The notes under the pieces were generated by a model. The model was not told where the DNA came from. It saw nothing but the letters and a program-made list of their open reading frames with translations, and searched no databases. Made by a program: the position numbers and the translations under genes. From the NCBI RefSeq assembly GCF_009914755.1, contig NC_060937.1: a stretch of DNA of 64,000 nucleotides; one strand, given 5' to 3'. This document shows, in pieces, positions 30,520 through 44,737 of this stretch (positions within the stretch are counted from its first letter, which is position 1; every line of letters starts with the position of its first letter). This DNA is from the human T2T-CHM13v2.0 reference genome, Homo sapiens.

Positions 30520-31645
30520 AAAACAATAATTATAAACTTCTGTCAATGGGTATGTAATGTATAAAGATGTAGTCAGTGACAACAATATAGAGACGTAGAT
30601 GAAGATGTGTAGAAGCAGAGTATTTGTATACTGCTGAAATAAAGTTGATGTTATTAAAACTAGGTTGTTATAAATGTAAGATCTTAAGTAAGATCTTAAT
30701 TGTAATCCCCAAGGTAACCACTACAAAATTAAAATACACATAAGAGAAAGGAGGTAATCAAAGTGGTACACTACAAAAATATCAACTAATTACAAAAATG
30801 AAATAATTGAAAAATTGAGAAACAAAAAACATATGCATCAAACATAAAACAAATGGATAAATGTTAAGTAATTGCTTTCTTATAAGTAATAAAATGCATC
30901 AAATCTTCAATTAAAAGGCAAAGTTTAGTAGAACAATTTAAAGAAATGATCTATCTGTATGTGCCACCTACAAGAAACTTACTTTAGATCCAAAGACACG
31001 AAGAGGCTAAAAGTAAAATAATAAAAATAGATAGCTCATGAAAACAGTCACCAAAAGAGCACTTGGATGTCTCTTAATAATGAGATGAAGAAACAGACAG
31101 AAAACCAGTATGAAAATAGTGGACATGAACAATATAATAAACCAATTAAACCTAACAGATATATACACAAACTATTCCGCCCAACACAGAAGACCCATTT
31201 TTGTATTCAACATATAACTGGAAGTTCTAGATAGGGCAAGAGTTACATAGAACATTTTCCAGCATATACCATAGCTTACACCAAAACACAAGCCTTAACA
31301 AATTTAAGGAGACTTAAATATTACAATGTATTTTCCTTCTGAACACAAAAATTGTAACCAGAAATTAGTAACAGAAACTGGAAAACTCACAAATATATGA
31401 AGATTAAACGACAAACTTTTAAACAAATTGATCGAAGAATAAAACACAAGGGAAATTAGAAAATATTAGAAAATGTCTTGAGAGAAATGAAAGAAAAACA
31501 ACACATATGAAGTCACATGGGTCATAGAAAATGCAGTACTTAGAGATATATTTTAACTATAACCAACAAATTTTAAAAAGCAGAAAAATCTTAAATTTAC
31601 AACCTAACTTTACATCTTAAAGAAAAAAAGCAAGTCAAACCAAAA
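30520..31645 (+). mobile_element. Continuation of the old L1M4-type host (inter-ORF region and ORF2 5' part)
   Basis: 'ttaaaaggcaaag', 'ctacaagaaacttactttagatccaaagacac', 'aacctaactttacatcttaa'. Confidence 0.7.
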
Positions 31646-31689
31646 TCTTCATATGGTTGTGTGTGTGTGTGTATGTATTTATTACAGTG

Positions 31690-32150
31690 ACATATTATTC
31701 AGCTATAAAATGAGGGCATTATGCTAAATGAAATGAGCCAAACACAAAAATACAAATACTGTATGATCTCACTTATACATGGAATCTAAAAAAAAATCTA
31801 ACTCACAACAGCGGAGAGTAGAATGGTGGTTGGTGGTTGCCAAGGGTGGGAAATGGGGGAAATAAAGAGATTTTGGTCAAAGGTACAAAGTTTTACTTAT
31901 AAGATGTGTAAGTTCTAGAATCTAAATTATAGCATGGTGACTATAATAAAAAATTGTGTAATACTTACTTGACATTTGCTAAGGGAGTAGATCTTAAGTG
32001 TCCTCTCCAGTGCACACAAGTGAATAGTAAATAAATTCAGTGGATTGATATTTTAATTAATTTTATTGTGGTAATAATTCTGCTATGTATATGCAATCTA
32101 CATGTGCTCCTTGAATTTTTAATATTTTTATCTCAATAAAGCTAAAAATA
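31690..32150 (+). mobile_element. L1MA8/9-like 3' end
   Basis: 'gagagtagaatggtggttg...ttggtcaaaggtacaaagtt...gtagatcttaagtgtcctc...ctcaataaagct'. Confidence 0.8.
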
Positions 32151-32246
32151 TAGAAATAAAAATGTATAAGTAAAATTGTACGCAATAGTGAAAGGCTGCT
32201 TGTCCCTAAGATTGGGAACACATCCATTATTTAATATTATACGAGA

Positions 32247-32596
<350 letters not shown>

Positions 32597-32849
32597 TTAA
32601 ATACATTCACAAAGATTGGAAAGAAAAAAATGCAGAAGAAAAAAGAATTTGTATGAAGCATGGAAAATGACAATCTGTCAAACAGATAATTGGTGTTCAC
32701 GAAGTAGGAATGGAACAAATAGGACAAAAATATTCATGCAATTATTTTTAAAAATTAAGTTGTTTAAGTAATAAATAAATTTGTTAATCACAGGGCATAT
32801 CATATTCACAGTACAAGTTTTAAAAAGTATTAAAACCTTTAGATAATAA

Positions 32850-33812
32850 AAACATCACTAAGAGAGTGAAATAACTTATTTACAAAATGAGATAATGTAC
32901 TGTGAAGTATGTATCTTGTAAGAGATTTATATCAAGACATTAAAAAACTACAACTCTACAACAAAAAGACAAAACAACCCAATTAAAAACAGGCAAAGGA
33001 TTTGAATAGACATTTTGCTAAAGATATGCAAATGGCCAATGAGTACAACATGAAAGTTATTAAAAAACCATTAGTTTTTAGGCCATTGCAAATCAAAATC
33101 ACAATGACATAATGTTATACCTACTAGTATCACTATAGTTAGAAAATGTAGAACAAGAGTTGACGAGTAACTGGGAAATTTGGAGAATCATACTTTGTTG
33201 GTCTGCATTTAAAATGATGCAGCTGCTGTGGAAGACAGTTTGGTGATACCTTAAAATGTTAAACAGAATTACCATATGACCCAGCATTTTAATTTGGTAT
33301 CCCAATGAATGTAAAACATGAATTCAGATAAATGCACACTAGTGTTTATAGCAGCATTATTCATAACAGCCAAAAGGAGGAAATAACCCACGTGTGTCTA
33401 TCAACAGATGAATGGATAAACAAAATGGGGTGTGTGTGCATACTGTGGAATATAATTGAGCCATAAAAAAGAAATGAAGTTCTCATACATGTCACTATAT
33501 GGATGAAGCTTTTAAACATTATGCAAAGTGAAATTAGCCAGACACAAAAGGGTCAATGTTGTATGATTCCTCTTATACAAATATTTAGAACAGGGAGATT
33601 CACAGAGACAAGATTTAGAGTTTACTAGGGGATGGATTAGGAATAAAAAATGGGGAGTTGTTACTAATTGCCAGAGTTTCTGTTTGGATTGATGAAAATT
33701 TTTGAAAATAGTGGTGATTGTTGCACAAAACTGTAAATACAATTAATGCCACTGAATTGTACACTTAAGAGGTTAAATGGCAAATTTTATACATTTTACA
33801 ATAAAAAATATT
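32850..33812 (+). mobile_element. L1MB-type ORF2 end and 3'UTR
   Basis: 'ccatatgacccagca', 'gccagacacaaaagg', 'aatgccactgaattgtacactt...aaatggcaaattt'. Confidence 0.8.
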
Positions 33813-34499
33813 AAAAATGTGAATTATAATTTTCATAACAGTATTTTTATTTGTGAAATTTTTTTACAATTTGCTTTTTTTTTGGTATGTTCTACATTTT
33901 TTTCCATGTACTAAGTATCGTGGGAAGTTCCAACCTCATACTTATGCTGCTTTTCTACTTGCTAATATTGGATGCTTCTTGCCAGGCTCCTTAAATTGTG
34001 CTGTAACCTGGAAGAAACCTTCCTACTCTCCACAAACCCTGAATAATCCTGAGAGTTTAAACCTCACCTAATTATTCTCTATCATTTAGAAACTAGAGGG
34101 GTGGAGGACTGAGAGAGGAACAGTATAAAATTCGAAACCAGTGATGCATTGGCTGAAAAACACTGACATGAATTGTGAGAGCAAAGAAACCACAGCTGGT
34201 TTTGCAGGTGCAGTCCAGGTGGGCCTTGGCAGCTGATGTTGAATTGTACGAATTGTAGCTCTTATATTTTCTGGGCTACAGCTGATACTGTAGGTTCAGC
34301 TAAAATAGTAAATTACTAGGAGGCATCATTAAGTTCCAATTAAGATTCACTTCAAATCAGGTAGCTCTTCCATCTGAATGTTTTTTCAAATACAGCTCAT
34401 GTCCACATGCTTTAAGTTGTGCACTAATACATATCAGTAGTACACAATTTGTGGCACCATTAGTAATAAGATTTATAGGAGTGCTATAATTCCAAACTC

Positions 34500-35185
34500 T
34501 GAAAATAAAAGAACTGCAAATAATTTATACAGATACTCTGTCACCATAATTTCCTGCTTTTTAAATGTCTGCTGCACAGAGTGACTTCATTTCAAAGAGC
34601 ACTTTATGAGAAGGAAAAGCATAAAGGGTAACTTTAAAGTCAAAATCCTGAAAAAGAATATCTTAGCCAGGTGATTAAAATTAACATCAACAGTGATAAG
34701 CCCTTTTGATAGTATGTAGCATTGATATGATGTGAAAAGAATGTCACTTCATCTCTGTGGCCTTCCTCCCCAAAATACATATCCCTAGTTTTCTCAGGAG
34801 ATAAGCATCAAGCAAAGCCCAAGTGAGGGACATACTACAAAATACCTGACCACTACTGTAAACTGTAAGGTGGGCAAAACCAAGGAAAACGTGAGTAAGA
34901 GTCGCAGCCAAGAAAAGCCTGTGGAGACATGACTACTCAATGCAACATGATATCCTGATGAGACTCTGGAAGACAAAAAGAATATTAAATACAATATAAG
35001 GAAATTTGAATAAGTTGTGAACTTTATTTAATAACATATTGTATGGGTTCAATAATTGTGACAAGTATACTACAGCAACATAAGATACTACATAGGGAAA
35101 CTGTCAAATATATAGGAACTCTTTGTACTGTCTTCACAATTTTTCTGTAATTAGAAAACTATTGTAAAAGAAAACTGTATTTTAA
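34500..35185 (+). mobile_element. L1MC/L1MD-type 3'UTR
   Basis: 'cttagccaggtgattaaaattaacatcaacagtgataag', 'cacttcatctctgtggccttcctccccaaaa', 'ggaactctttgtactgtcttcacaatttttctgtaa'. Confidence 0.78.
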
Positions 35186-35224
35186 AAAAGCATTGTTATA
35201 TTAAAAATGACACAAAACATGTGC

Positions 35225-35475
35225 AGCAGATGTGGGTTGGAGCCAGAAATTCTGCATTTGTAATAAGCCTACGGTGCTCTTTCTGTTGCTGGTGCTGCTT
35301 GCCTGGGTCTCATGGAGTGGCAGGCATAGAGTGGCCTCCAGGTCAGGAGAATGGGCATCATGTGGAACTTGTTAGACATACAAGTCATTTCATGTCAGAT
35401 CTATCGAATTAGAAAGTCTAGGGTTGGGGCCCAGCAGTATGTTTTATAGCAACCCCTCCAGAGGTGCTGATGCGA
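35225..35475. mobile_element. MER5A/MER5B hAT-Charlie fragments
   Basis: 'gccagaaattctgcatttgtaataagc'; 'ggaacttgttaga...ggggcccagcagtatgttt...ccctccagaggtgctgatgc'. Confidence 0.65.
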
Positions 35476-36099
35476 ATACATAAGGAAAATTGATCTAAAA
35501 TCCACCACTAGCATGTTATTCTCTCCCCCTTTTTTGTTGGAGTGGGAGTGGAAGATAAGTTGGAGGTAAGGGTGTATATTTGAAAAGTTAATTCACTGAA
35601 TAAATAGTTATAAAAAATTTACATCTTGAGACTGAATTTCATGCTAAAGAAATGGATTTATGCAATTTGTCCATGAACGTCTAGTCACTGCTTATGCAAG
35701 CTTTCCATGGCTGTTCATTGACAGAAGGTTGGCTGATTTATATCACCACATAAAAAGAGCATAAATAATAATTTATCAATCATTTGTATCTCCTGAAAGA
35801 TCTACAAATTATATTTTACAAATTAAAAATAAATTACTATTGGATTCCCGATCAGCTCAGGAATTGGATTCCTGATTCTAGCTCAGTCATCTAGAGGTTT
35901 AAATGTATCTTTTTATTGAATTTTTTGTTTAGTTACTAGATACACATATAAAGGATGTAATTTTTTAAAATATATCATATAATAGCTTTTAATTTCATTT
36001 TTGTTTTTCTTGTATAACCTATTCTCTATATACTCACGTATTTTGGCTTAATAGTATGTTTGATAATTTATTCATGTTGATATGTCCACAAATATATTG

Positions 36100-36780
36100 G
36101 AATTTCATAAAAATTTCTTTGGCAAAGAAGGCACAACTTTCCTGTTCTTCAGAGGATTGTTCCTTTCTGATATTTGTAATTACAAACGATGATAAAATAA
36201 AAACATTGTACAAATCTACTTTTGCACAAGGATGATGATGTCTATAGAACATATAACCATGAGTAGAAATGCTGGACCCAAAGTTATGACAATATTTTAC
36301 TTTCCTAGGTATTGCCCCAATTTTCTCTTAGTGCATATTTTAATGGATTTCCCACTTACCAGTTTTTGAGGTATCCTATTGTTCCACATATTCACAACAT
36401 TTGGTTTCATCGAACTATTTAATTTCCACCAATCACATGGAATTGAGGTCACCACATACATTTCCAAAGCATATTAACTGGATATTATGAGGTTGAGTAT
36501 ATTTTCAAACATTTGCTGACTTTTCAACTTCTGATCTATCAATTATTTCATCATATCTCTTATTTTTTTCTTTTGGCACATACCTTTATATGAACATTTA
36601 TATTGTAACTGTTAATCTACATGAGTGTGTGCACTGCAAATATATTGTTCAGGCTGCAGCATGTATTTTTAATTTTTGTGTTGTCGTTTGAGAAACAGAA
36701 GATTTTAATTTTGTTTAGTTAACTTCATTACTTTAACTTTATAGTTTGTATTTCTTTTTTCCTCTTGTAGTAACCCTTTC
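36100..36780 (-). mobile_element. Ancient L1ME remnant
   Basis: 'gagtagaaatgctggaccc', 'cctattgttccacatattcacaacatttgg', 'gaaacagaagattttaattttg'. Confidence 0.6.
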
Positions 36781-36829
36781 CTTACTCCTTTCTGTGTTTA
36801 GGTTGGCAATAAGACTTTTCTTATTTTGT

Positions 36830-37395
36830 TTTCAGTTAGGTTTGTAAGGCAGAAGTTAAGCTGTTAAGCTGTGAGTATTATTGCAAGTAAGCAAACACTT
36901 GCACATCTTGTGGTTTATCTGCAGGCTCACCTGACTGGTATGGAGCAAAAGCCAAGGGCTTTGGTTCAGTCCTCCACTGCTCATCAGATCTCCCATTTCA
37001 GCTTCCTGGGCCAGGTGCATGTGCAGATAGATCCAGCTCAAGGAGTATGAACTTCTCCTCCTGATCAGCTGTCATGTCAAGGGTAGAGGCAGTGAGAACA
37101 AGATTTTAATTTGTCTTTATGATTTCTGAACTTACTCTCTTCACTTTGCATACATCTTTTCTTCTTGACTATCAGCCACCATACAGTGACTCCAAGTCCA
37201 CTACCAGATATGAAGACAACCACCTTCCATGGACTTCTTCACTAGCACCACGTGTTGTTCTTGGTTAATGGTGTCTCTTATATTCTAATCGATCCTTTTT
37301 AGCTCTTTAGCATCTTAGCTTTTCAAAAAACGTGAAAGATCTAATCTTTAAAATAAACTCTTACCCATATCATTCGCATTGATTCTTGTTCCCTA
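36830..37395. mobile_element. LTR41-like (ERVL) LTR remnant
   Basis: 'ggccaggtgcatgtgcag...agaggcagtgagaac...catacatcttttcttcttgact...ccagatatgaagacaac...aataaactc'. Confidence 0.5.
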
Positions 37396-38400
37396 GCCAA
37401 CTCAAAACACTAAGTTTAACTTTTCAAGTAATGTGGCTTTACACACGTAAATTTTGAATACACAGATTATTAATCAATGTAGAATTTATATTTTTGCATG
37501 AGATAAGGCACTTATTTGGTTTTCTTTTAAGTTCTATAGGAAAACAATTGACCCAGCATCACAATTAAATAGGTCATCAAATGATAATATGCATATGTCT
37601 TTCTCTATTACTTTTCATTAATTTATATCCCTGGAACTATTCCACACTGTCTTAAACATTTTGTAATTTGTAATGATAATGTATGTTAATATTCAATAGT
37701 ATATATCATGCCACCTTGCTCTTCTTAAAAGTGTCTTTTTGTTTTACATTTTGTTGCAATACATATATGTATGAAACTTATGATACTAAGTCTTCCTACT
37801 ACTATATATACATGTGGTATGTAGCTTAGTTCATTTAGATCTTGTGTGTTTGTATGTACATGATTTATTCATTCCTATGTATAAAATACATGTCCTTTTT
37901 TATTTTAAATGATATATTTTCATACTTTCTATTCGTTACTCTTTTTTTTTCCTTTACCCTAAGGAAATAATTTAGCAAAGGTTTATCCTCCATTCAAATT
38001 CAAATTTTCCTTAAGTTGGTTATTCAATGTCCTATATTGGTGAATTGGTTAGAAAGATAGAAATTCTAATTTAATTCTTACACTAAGTTAAATTTAGTAT
38101 ATAATCATCCCCCATTTATACAGCACATATGCTTGTTATATATCAGTTGACTCTGTTTTCTGGAATCCAAACTGGTACAGAATTCAACCAGGCCAAGTTA
38201 ATGGTAAATGTTTGCCCCCCTTTAACATCTCAATAATGAAAATGGCATATAGACAACAAGATTTCCCTGTTGAGACATAGGTGGTAACAAGCCAAGTCTC
38301 TTCTAACTATAAGAAGGATTTTACTAAGAGCTTCCAACCCCAAATAGTTAATTATATAGTGATAAAGAGGTCAATTCTTTAAGAAGTTATCTAACTGTAA

Positions 38401-38486
38401 ATATATATGTGTATATATATGTATATATATATGTGTATATATATGTGTATATATATATGTGTATATATATGTATATATATATATAT
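38401..38486. repeat. (TATATATATGTG)n-type microsatellite expanded inside L1 ORF2
   Basis: Expansion of the tatatat immediately before gcacct (the IYAP codons). Confidence 0.92.
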
Positions 38487-40470
38487 GCACCTAACATCAG
38501 AACACCTCAAAATATAAACCAAATATTAATAGAAAGGAGAGACAGGGTACAATTCAATAACAGTATGGGACGTCAATACCCAGAGACAGATTTTCAGAGA
38601 AAAGATATTGAGGAAATGTCATATTTAAATTACACTTTAGAGCAAATGAACATGATACACAAATATGGAACATTTGACCAAGAGCAGCAGAATACAAATT
38701 CTTCTCAAGCACACACAAAATATTTCCAGGAGAGATCACAGGTAAGAAAATAAGTCTTAACAAATTCAAGAAGATTGAAATCATATCAAGTATGTTTTTA
38801 AACCACAGTGTTATATAACTAGAAATCAATAACGAGGAATTTTGGCAAATTCATATATTCATAAAAATTAAACAACATGCTCCTGAACAACCAATGTATC
38901 AATGAATAAATTAAAAGAGAAATTTAAAATACCTTAAAAGTAATGAAAATGGAAATACAACATACCAAAACTTATGGGATGCAGAAAAAGCAGTTCAAAG
39001 AGGGAAGTTTACTGCAATAAACACCTACCTACCTCAACAGAGGTAAAAGATCTTAAATAAACAACTTTTTTAATGAGCTAAAAAAATAAAAACAAAGTGC
39101 AAAATTGCCAGAATGAAAAAATAATAAATATCAAAGTAGAAATAATTAAAACAGATACTAGAAAAAACAATGGAAAAGATCAATGAAACTAAGAAATGTT
39201 TTTTTTTTTAAAGATAATCAACAATACTTTAGCTAAACTAGGAATAAAAGAGAGAAGACTCAAAATCAGGAATGAAAGAGGTGACATTATATTAGATACC
39301 ATAGCAATACAAAAGATTATGAGACTAATATGAATAACTAAATGCCAACAAATTGGATAATCTGGAGAAAATCAATACATTTCTTCATACATACAATCTA
39401 CCAGGACTGAATCACAAAGAAATAGAAAATCTGAATAGAAAATATCAAGAAAAGATTTAATCAGTAATAGCCCAGGACCCAATTACATCACTGCTGAATT
39501 TTACCAAATGCTAAAGAATAGCTAATACCAATAATTATCAATCTTTTTGAAAAAACTGAAAAGGGAATAATTCCAAACTTTTTTACAAGGCCAGAATTAT
39601 CCTGATACCAAAGCCAGACACGGACATTACAAGAAATAAAAGTACAGGCCAACATCCCTAATGAAAATAGATGAAAAATTCCTCAACAAAATGCTAGCAA
39701 ACCAAATTTAACAGCACATTAAAAGGATCATTCCCTTTTAGATAGAAGAAACAAACTTCAACATAACATAAAGGTCATCTTCAAGAAATCCACCGGTAAC
39801 ATGAAACTCCAGTGAAAAGTTGAAAGTTTTTCCTCTAAGACCAGGAACAAGACAAAGATGCCTACTCTGCCACTTTTATTTAAGATAGCAATGGAAGACC
39901 TAGTTAAAAAAAAAAAAAATCAGGAAAGAAAAAGAAATAAAAGGCATTTGAATTGGAAAGGAAAAAGCTAAATAGTCCTTGTTTGCAGGTGACATAATTA
40001 CATATTAAAAACATTAAATATTCCACCAAAAATTATTAGAACTAACACACGAATTCAGTAAAGTTGCAGGATAAAAATTAACATCCCCAAAGCAGTTGTG
40101 TTTCTATAAACTAACAATAAACTATCAGCCCCCCCATAAAAATCAAGTGAACAATACCATTTAAAATAGCTATGAAAAAATAACGTACTTAGGAAAAAAC
40201 AACCAAAAATGTTAAAGAGGTATATACTGAAAACTATAAAACACTGGTGAACAAAATTGAAGAAAACTCAGATAAATGGGAAGTTATCTCACATTCATGG
40301 ATTCAAAGATTAATATTTTCGAAGTTTCCAAACTGCCCAAAAGGATCTAAAAATTCAATGCAAACCCTATCAATATTCCAATGTCATCTTTCACAGAAAT
40401 TGAATAAATATCCCCAAATTCATATGGAACCATGAAAGATTCTCAATAGCAATTGTCGGTGAAATAAGCA

Positions 40471-40506
40471 AAGCAGGAACATCACACTAAGCAGGAACAT
40501 CACACT
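40471..40506. repeat. Perfect 18-bp tandem duplication inside L1
   Basis: aagcaggaacatcacact x2. Confidence 0.92.
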
Positions 40507-41869
40507 ACCTGACTTCAAAATATACTACAAAGCTATAGAAACCAAAAGAGCCATGGTAGTGGTATAAAAATAGATGCATAAATCAATGGAACTGAATAGA
40601 AACTTCAATTCATAAATTTATAATCAATTGATTTACAATACATTGATGAGAATACACAATGGAGAAATAACAGTATCTTCAATAAATATTGTTTCTACAA
40701 CTGGATATTCACACGTGAAGAATACAATTAGACATTCTTTTCACATCATATACAAAAATCTACTCAAAATGTCTTAAAGACTTAAACATAAGACCGAAAA
40801 TTGTAAAACTACTAGAAGAAAACAAAAAGGTAAAACTCCATGCAATTGATCTTAGCAATGATATCTTTGAATAGGAAACCAAAATCACAAACAACAAAAG
40901 CAAAGATAGACAAATGATATTACATCAAACTAAAAAGCTTCTGCACAACCAACATTACAGTCAAAAGAGTGAAGAGACAATGCACAGAATGAGAGAAAAT
41001 ATTTGCAAACCATACATTTGATAAGGGGTTAATATTTAAAATATATAAGAAACTCAACTCAATAGTAAGAAAACAAATAACCTGATTTTAAAAATGGGCA
41101 AAAGGTGTGACTAGACATTTCTCAAAGAAAGACATATTAATCACCCACAGATATATTAAGAAAGTCTCAACATCTTTAGTCATCAGGTAAATGCAAATTA
41201 AATCCCCAGTGGGACATCATCTCAGAACTGTTAAAATGGAAATTATATAAAAAAAAGATAACAAGTGTTAGTGAGGATGTGGAGAAAAGTAAACCCTTGA
41301 ACAATGTTGGTGGGACTGTAAATTAGTACATCCATTTGGAAAATAGTATGGAGGTTACTATAAAACTAAAAATATCACTACCATATGATCCAGCAGTCCC
41401 ACTACTAGCTATATATCTAAGGGAAATGAAATTAGTATATCGAAGATATCATTACACCCATGTTCACTATAGCATTATTTTTAATAACAAAGATATGGAA
41501 TCAACTTGTCTATCAATGGATGAATAAAGAAAACATGGTATACACACATAAGGGAATATTGATCACTTATAAAAATAAATTAAATCCTGTTATTTGTGAC
41601 AACATGGATAAACCTGGAGGACATTATATTAAGTGAAATAAACCAGGCACAGGATGATAAATACAAATGCTCAAGTATATGAGAAATTTTAAGTTAAATT
41701 TAGAAGAAGAATGATGGGTACCAGGGGCTGTTGGTGGGAGCACCAAGTGGCAAAGGAATTGAGGAAATGTTGGTCAAAGGATACAGAATTTCAATTAGAT
41801 GGAAGGGAAAAAATATGTTGCTTTCTCAAATGTTTACTGCAGGCTTAGATATTGACTTAGGGTTAAACT

Positions 41870-42330
41870 TAGTGCAAGAAACAGTGAAGTTCAACATAAG
41901 TTTTCACATAACAGTAGTGTATTTCTTGTTCATGTAAATGAAGGAAGGTGGAAGAACAAGACTAGGATTGTAGCTCCCCAATGCTCAAGAACACAGGTTC
42001 TTTCCAGTTCATCATCCTGACATCCCCATGTGTGGGATTCATTATTATAATCTATTGGATGGCTACTGGTGACTGTAATATTTAATCTGCATACCAGAAA
42101 ATAAAGTAGAAAAAAGAAAATGAGCCATGGGACCTGCCTAATGACTAAATGTTTTTAATGAGCACTTTCCTACATCTCATTGACTAAAATGTGGCCACAT
42201 GGAAATATCTCCACAGAAAGGGAGTCCTGGAAATCTTGTCTTTATAACAGAAAATCATGTGCAGTCTCTGCTACAGTTTACCAACCACATGGTTGCATGG
42301 TTTCTCAAAACAACAGATTGAGGGAGATTG
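41870..42330 (-). mobile_element. Old MLT1 (J/K-like) MaLR LTR remnant
   Basis: 'acacaggttctttcc', 'ggatggctact', 'catctcattgactaaaatgtggccacatgg...aagggagtcctggaaat'. Confidence 0.55.
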
Positions 42331-44069
42331 GCACAAACCACTTTTGCCATGTGAACATTCTTTCCCTGAGCTATAAGTGTAAAACATTCTACCTTCTCGA
42401 GGAATTTCTAACGGACAAAAAAAAATATGCTTCTGTCATAATTTTCCTTTAGTTCCTATTCATTTATTTTTATGAAATTAATCCAATTGACAAATGTGAT
42501 ATATTTGGAATCATTTTTATTAATGTGTATAGAATGCCATTATTAAAGCAAGAAACAGACTCTGCTCCTCATTCCTCATGAAGTAGTGAGAGGAAGAGTG
42601 TCATTTTCTATACTTTTTCTTCCCAAATAAGAAGCACATGAGGAAATGTCTCCTACTTCCTCATGTGCAAAAGTAAGATACAACCCAAAAGACAGGAAAA
42701 GTGGTATGCAAAACTTCCAAAGCTAACTTAAATCATAAAGCAAAATTCAGACCATTTCCATCAACATAATTTTGGATTAATTTCAGTTATTGCTTATATG
42801 AAGTTCTGGATAAACAGGAATTTAAAAACACACACATATGCAATTTCTTAGTATAATTCAAACAAAATTCATACACCATTTAATTTCAAATTAAATATGT
42901 GGAGTATTATATTAAAAAGACACAAAAGCCATTAAGAAAAAAATTCAGAAAGAAATATGAGAAAACATATTTATGCTAATTTGATGCTGTTAAATTCCTA
43001 ATAGTCACAGCAAGAACCGCTAAAAATTATGACCATTTTCTAAACTAAATATTATACCTTAAAAAGACTGTTTCATAAAAAATTTGTTTTTTATGCATAA
43101 TTCCAAGCTCATATTTCAAACAACATCCTTACTCATGGATATGGGCAATATGGTGTAGCTTCTTGCTGACCATCCCTGCAATAATTCACAAGTTTCAGCT
43201 TCTACAGTGCAGCTGTGAAGTCAGTAGGGAGTCATTCAGTTATTTGTGATTTTAGCCATCTGTCAGCTAAATCCAAGCATCAAATGCAAAATTGTACACA
43301 TGGGGATATTATGGGGATTTGTGTCTCGCCCTAGAGGATATTGGATCTGCATACCTACAAAAGATCCATAAATGATTATTTGCATAAGAGACATCTATTC
43401 CTTTTCCACTAATGCTTATGCTATGCTAGGTCTGAGAATTTTCAAAACAGAAGGAGTCCCTGTAATCATGAAAAAACTGAAAATGGATCCTACAGATTAC
43501 TTTGGCATCTTCTTTAGAAAATGTGTGATTTCTGAGCACAGCATGACATTAGGATGAATACTACTTCTTAATTGAAAATATTTTACAGTACCAGAGGAAA
43601 TAAAATTAGATTGAAAATTATTCAGATCCATATGAATTTAAGTGGAAGACTTCAAAATAAATAAACATTTCAGAGGTCTGCAACTATGTAAAACACAAAA
43701 ACATACCTCACTGATTGTACAGAACTACTTGTTAGCGTAATTCTTGCAGTGTATTTCAATTTCAGAGAGAAGAGTTATGTTAACTGCAGTATTTACCACT
43801 TACAAGCTTTCAGTCACATATACTGTGAAATTTTGTTTTGTGTATAATTAAGAAAAATATATGGATCATTTATTCCATACATGATACTGTTTCAACACTT
43901 TCAGTTTACAGTCAGCTAGAAATTTAAAGGATGCCTGGCTTCTAATACTAAAAGGTACATTTTAAAACAGTTTTGAGATATTGATTCTTCTTACCTTCTT
44001 GAAATGTTTTTTACTTTATTTTCCTAGCATCATATAATATAAAGGATCATAGGCCAGAAAAATTTAATT

Positions 44070-44170
44070 AGCCTTATAGCCTTCCACTTATGAAATGTGT
44101 GCTTAGATTAGTAATTTACAACTCAAGAATCAATTTCTTCATCTGAATTTCAAAAGTAATGACAAGAGCT
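44070..44170. mobile_element. MIR fragment
   Basis: 'ttccacttatgaaatgtgtg...tcaatttcttcatctg'. Confidence 0.45.
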
Positions 44171-44374
44171 CTTAGAACTCAAGTAAATGGTAAACAAGGA
44201 AACATATCCGTATATGTTTACGCTATTGATAATAAAACAGCAGGTCCCTTACTCTCTTTAGTTAATATTGGCACAATTAGTGATAATATATTAAGATATT
44301 TTCCATAATCAGATCATATGTCATACTGAGGTGTAAAATCAATTTCCCTTTACTCCAATCTAAAATACTGAATA

Positions 44375-44737
44375 TGCATAAGACTGAATTTTTGTGTCCT
44401 CACAAAATTCATATGTTGAAATCTAACTCCTAATGTGAAGGTATTCACATGTGAGGTCTTTGGAAGGTGATTATATCATGAGGATAGAACTCTCATATGT
44501 GGGATAAATTATCTATGAAAGAAGACTCCAGAGAGCTCCCTTGTCCCTTCTTCCATATGAGGAACATATTGAGAAAAGATTCTATGAACCAGGAAGCAGA
44601 CCCTCACCAGATATGAAATTTGCAAAACCCTTGATGCTGGACTTCCCAGCCTCCACAACTGTGAGAATAAATTTTTGTTCCTTACATACCACCTGGCCTG
44701 TGACATTGTCTTATCACTACTCAAATGAACTATGATA
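44375..44737 (+). mobile_element. MLT1A0-like MaLR solo LTR
   Basis: 'aaattcatatgttgaaatc...gaaccaggaagcagaccctcaccaga...ggacttcccagcctccacaactgtgagaataaatt'. Confidence 0.88.

Larger units (their letters stand above)
38355..41810 (+). mobile_element. L1MA-type element: most of ORF2 plus partial 3'UTR, with internal deletions
   Basis: Colinear degenerate ORF2 from the endonuclease (IYAPN) through RT ('gtttgcaggtgacataat') to 3'UTR 'gttggtcaaaggatacagaatttcaattagat'. Confidence 0.88.

Noticed and set aside
30676-30699. Small duplications (gtaagatcttaa x2; also 35839-35886 and about 63302/63398)
   Set aside because: Ordinary short slippage duplications with no further structure
38409-38753. 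ORF with a YIYV repeat
   Set aside because: Translation of a microsatellite inside L1 ORF2
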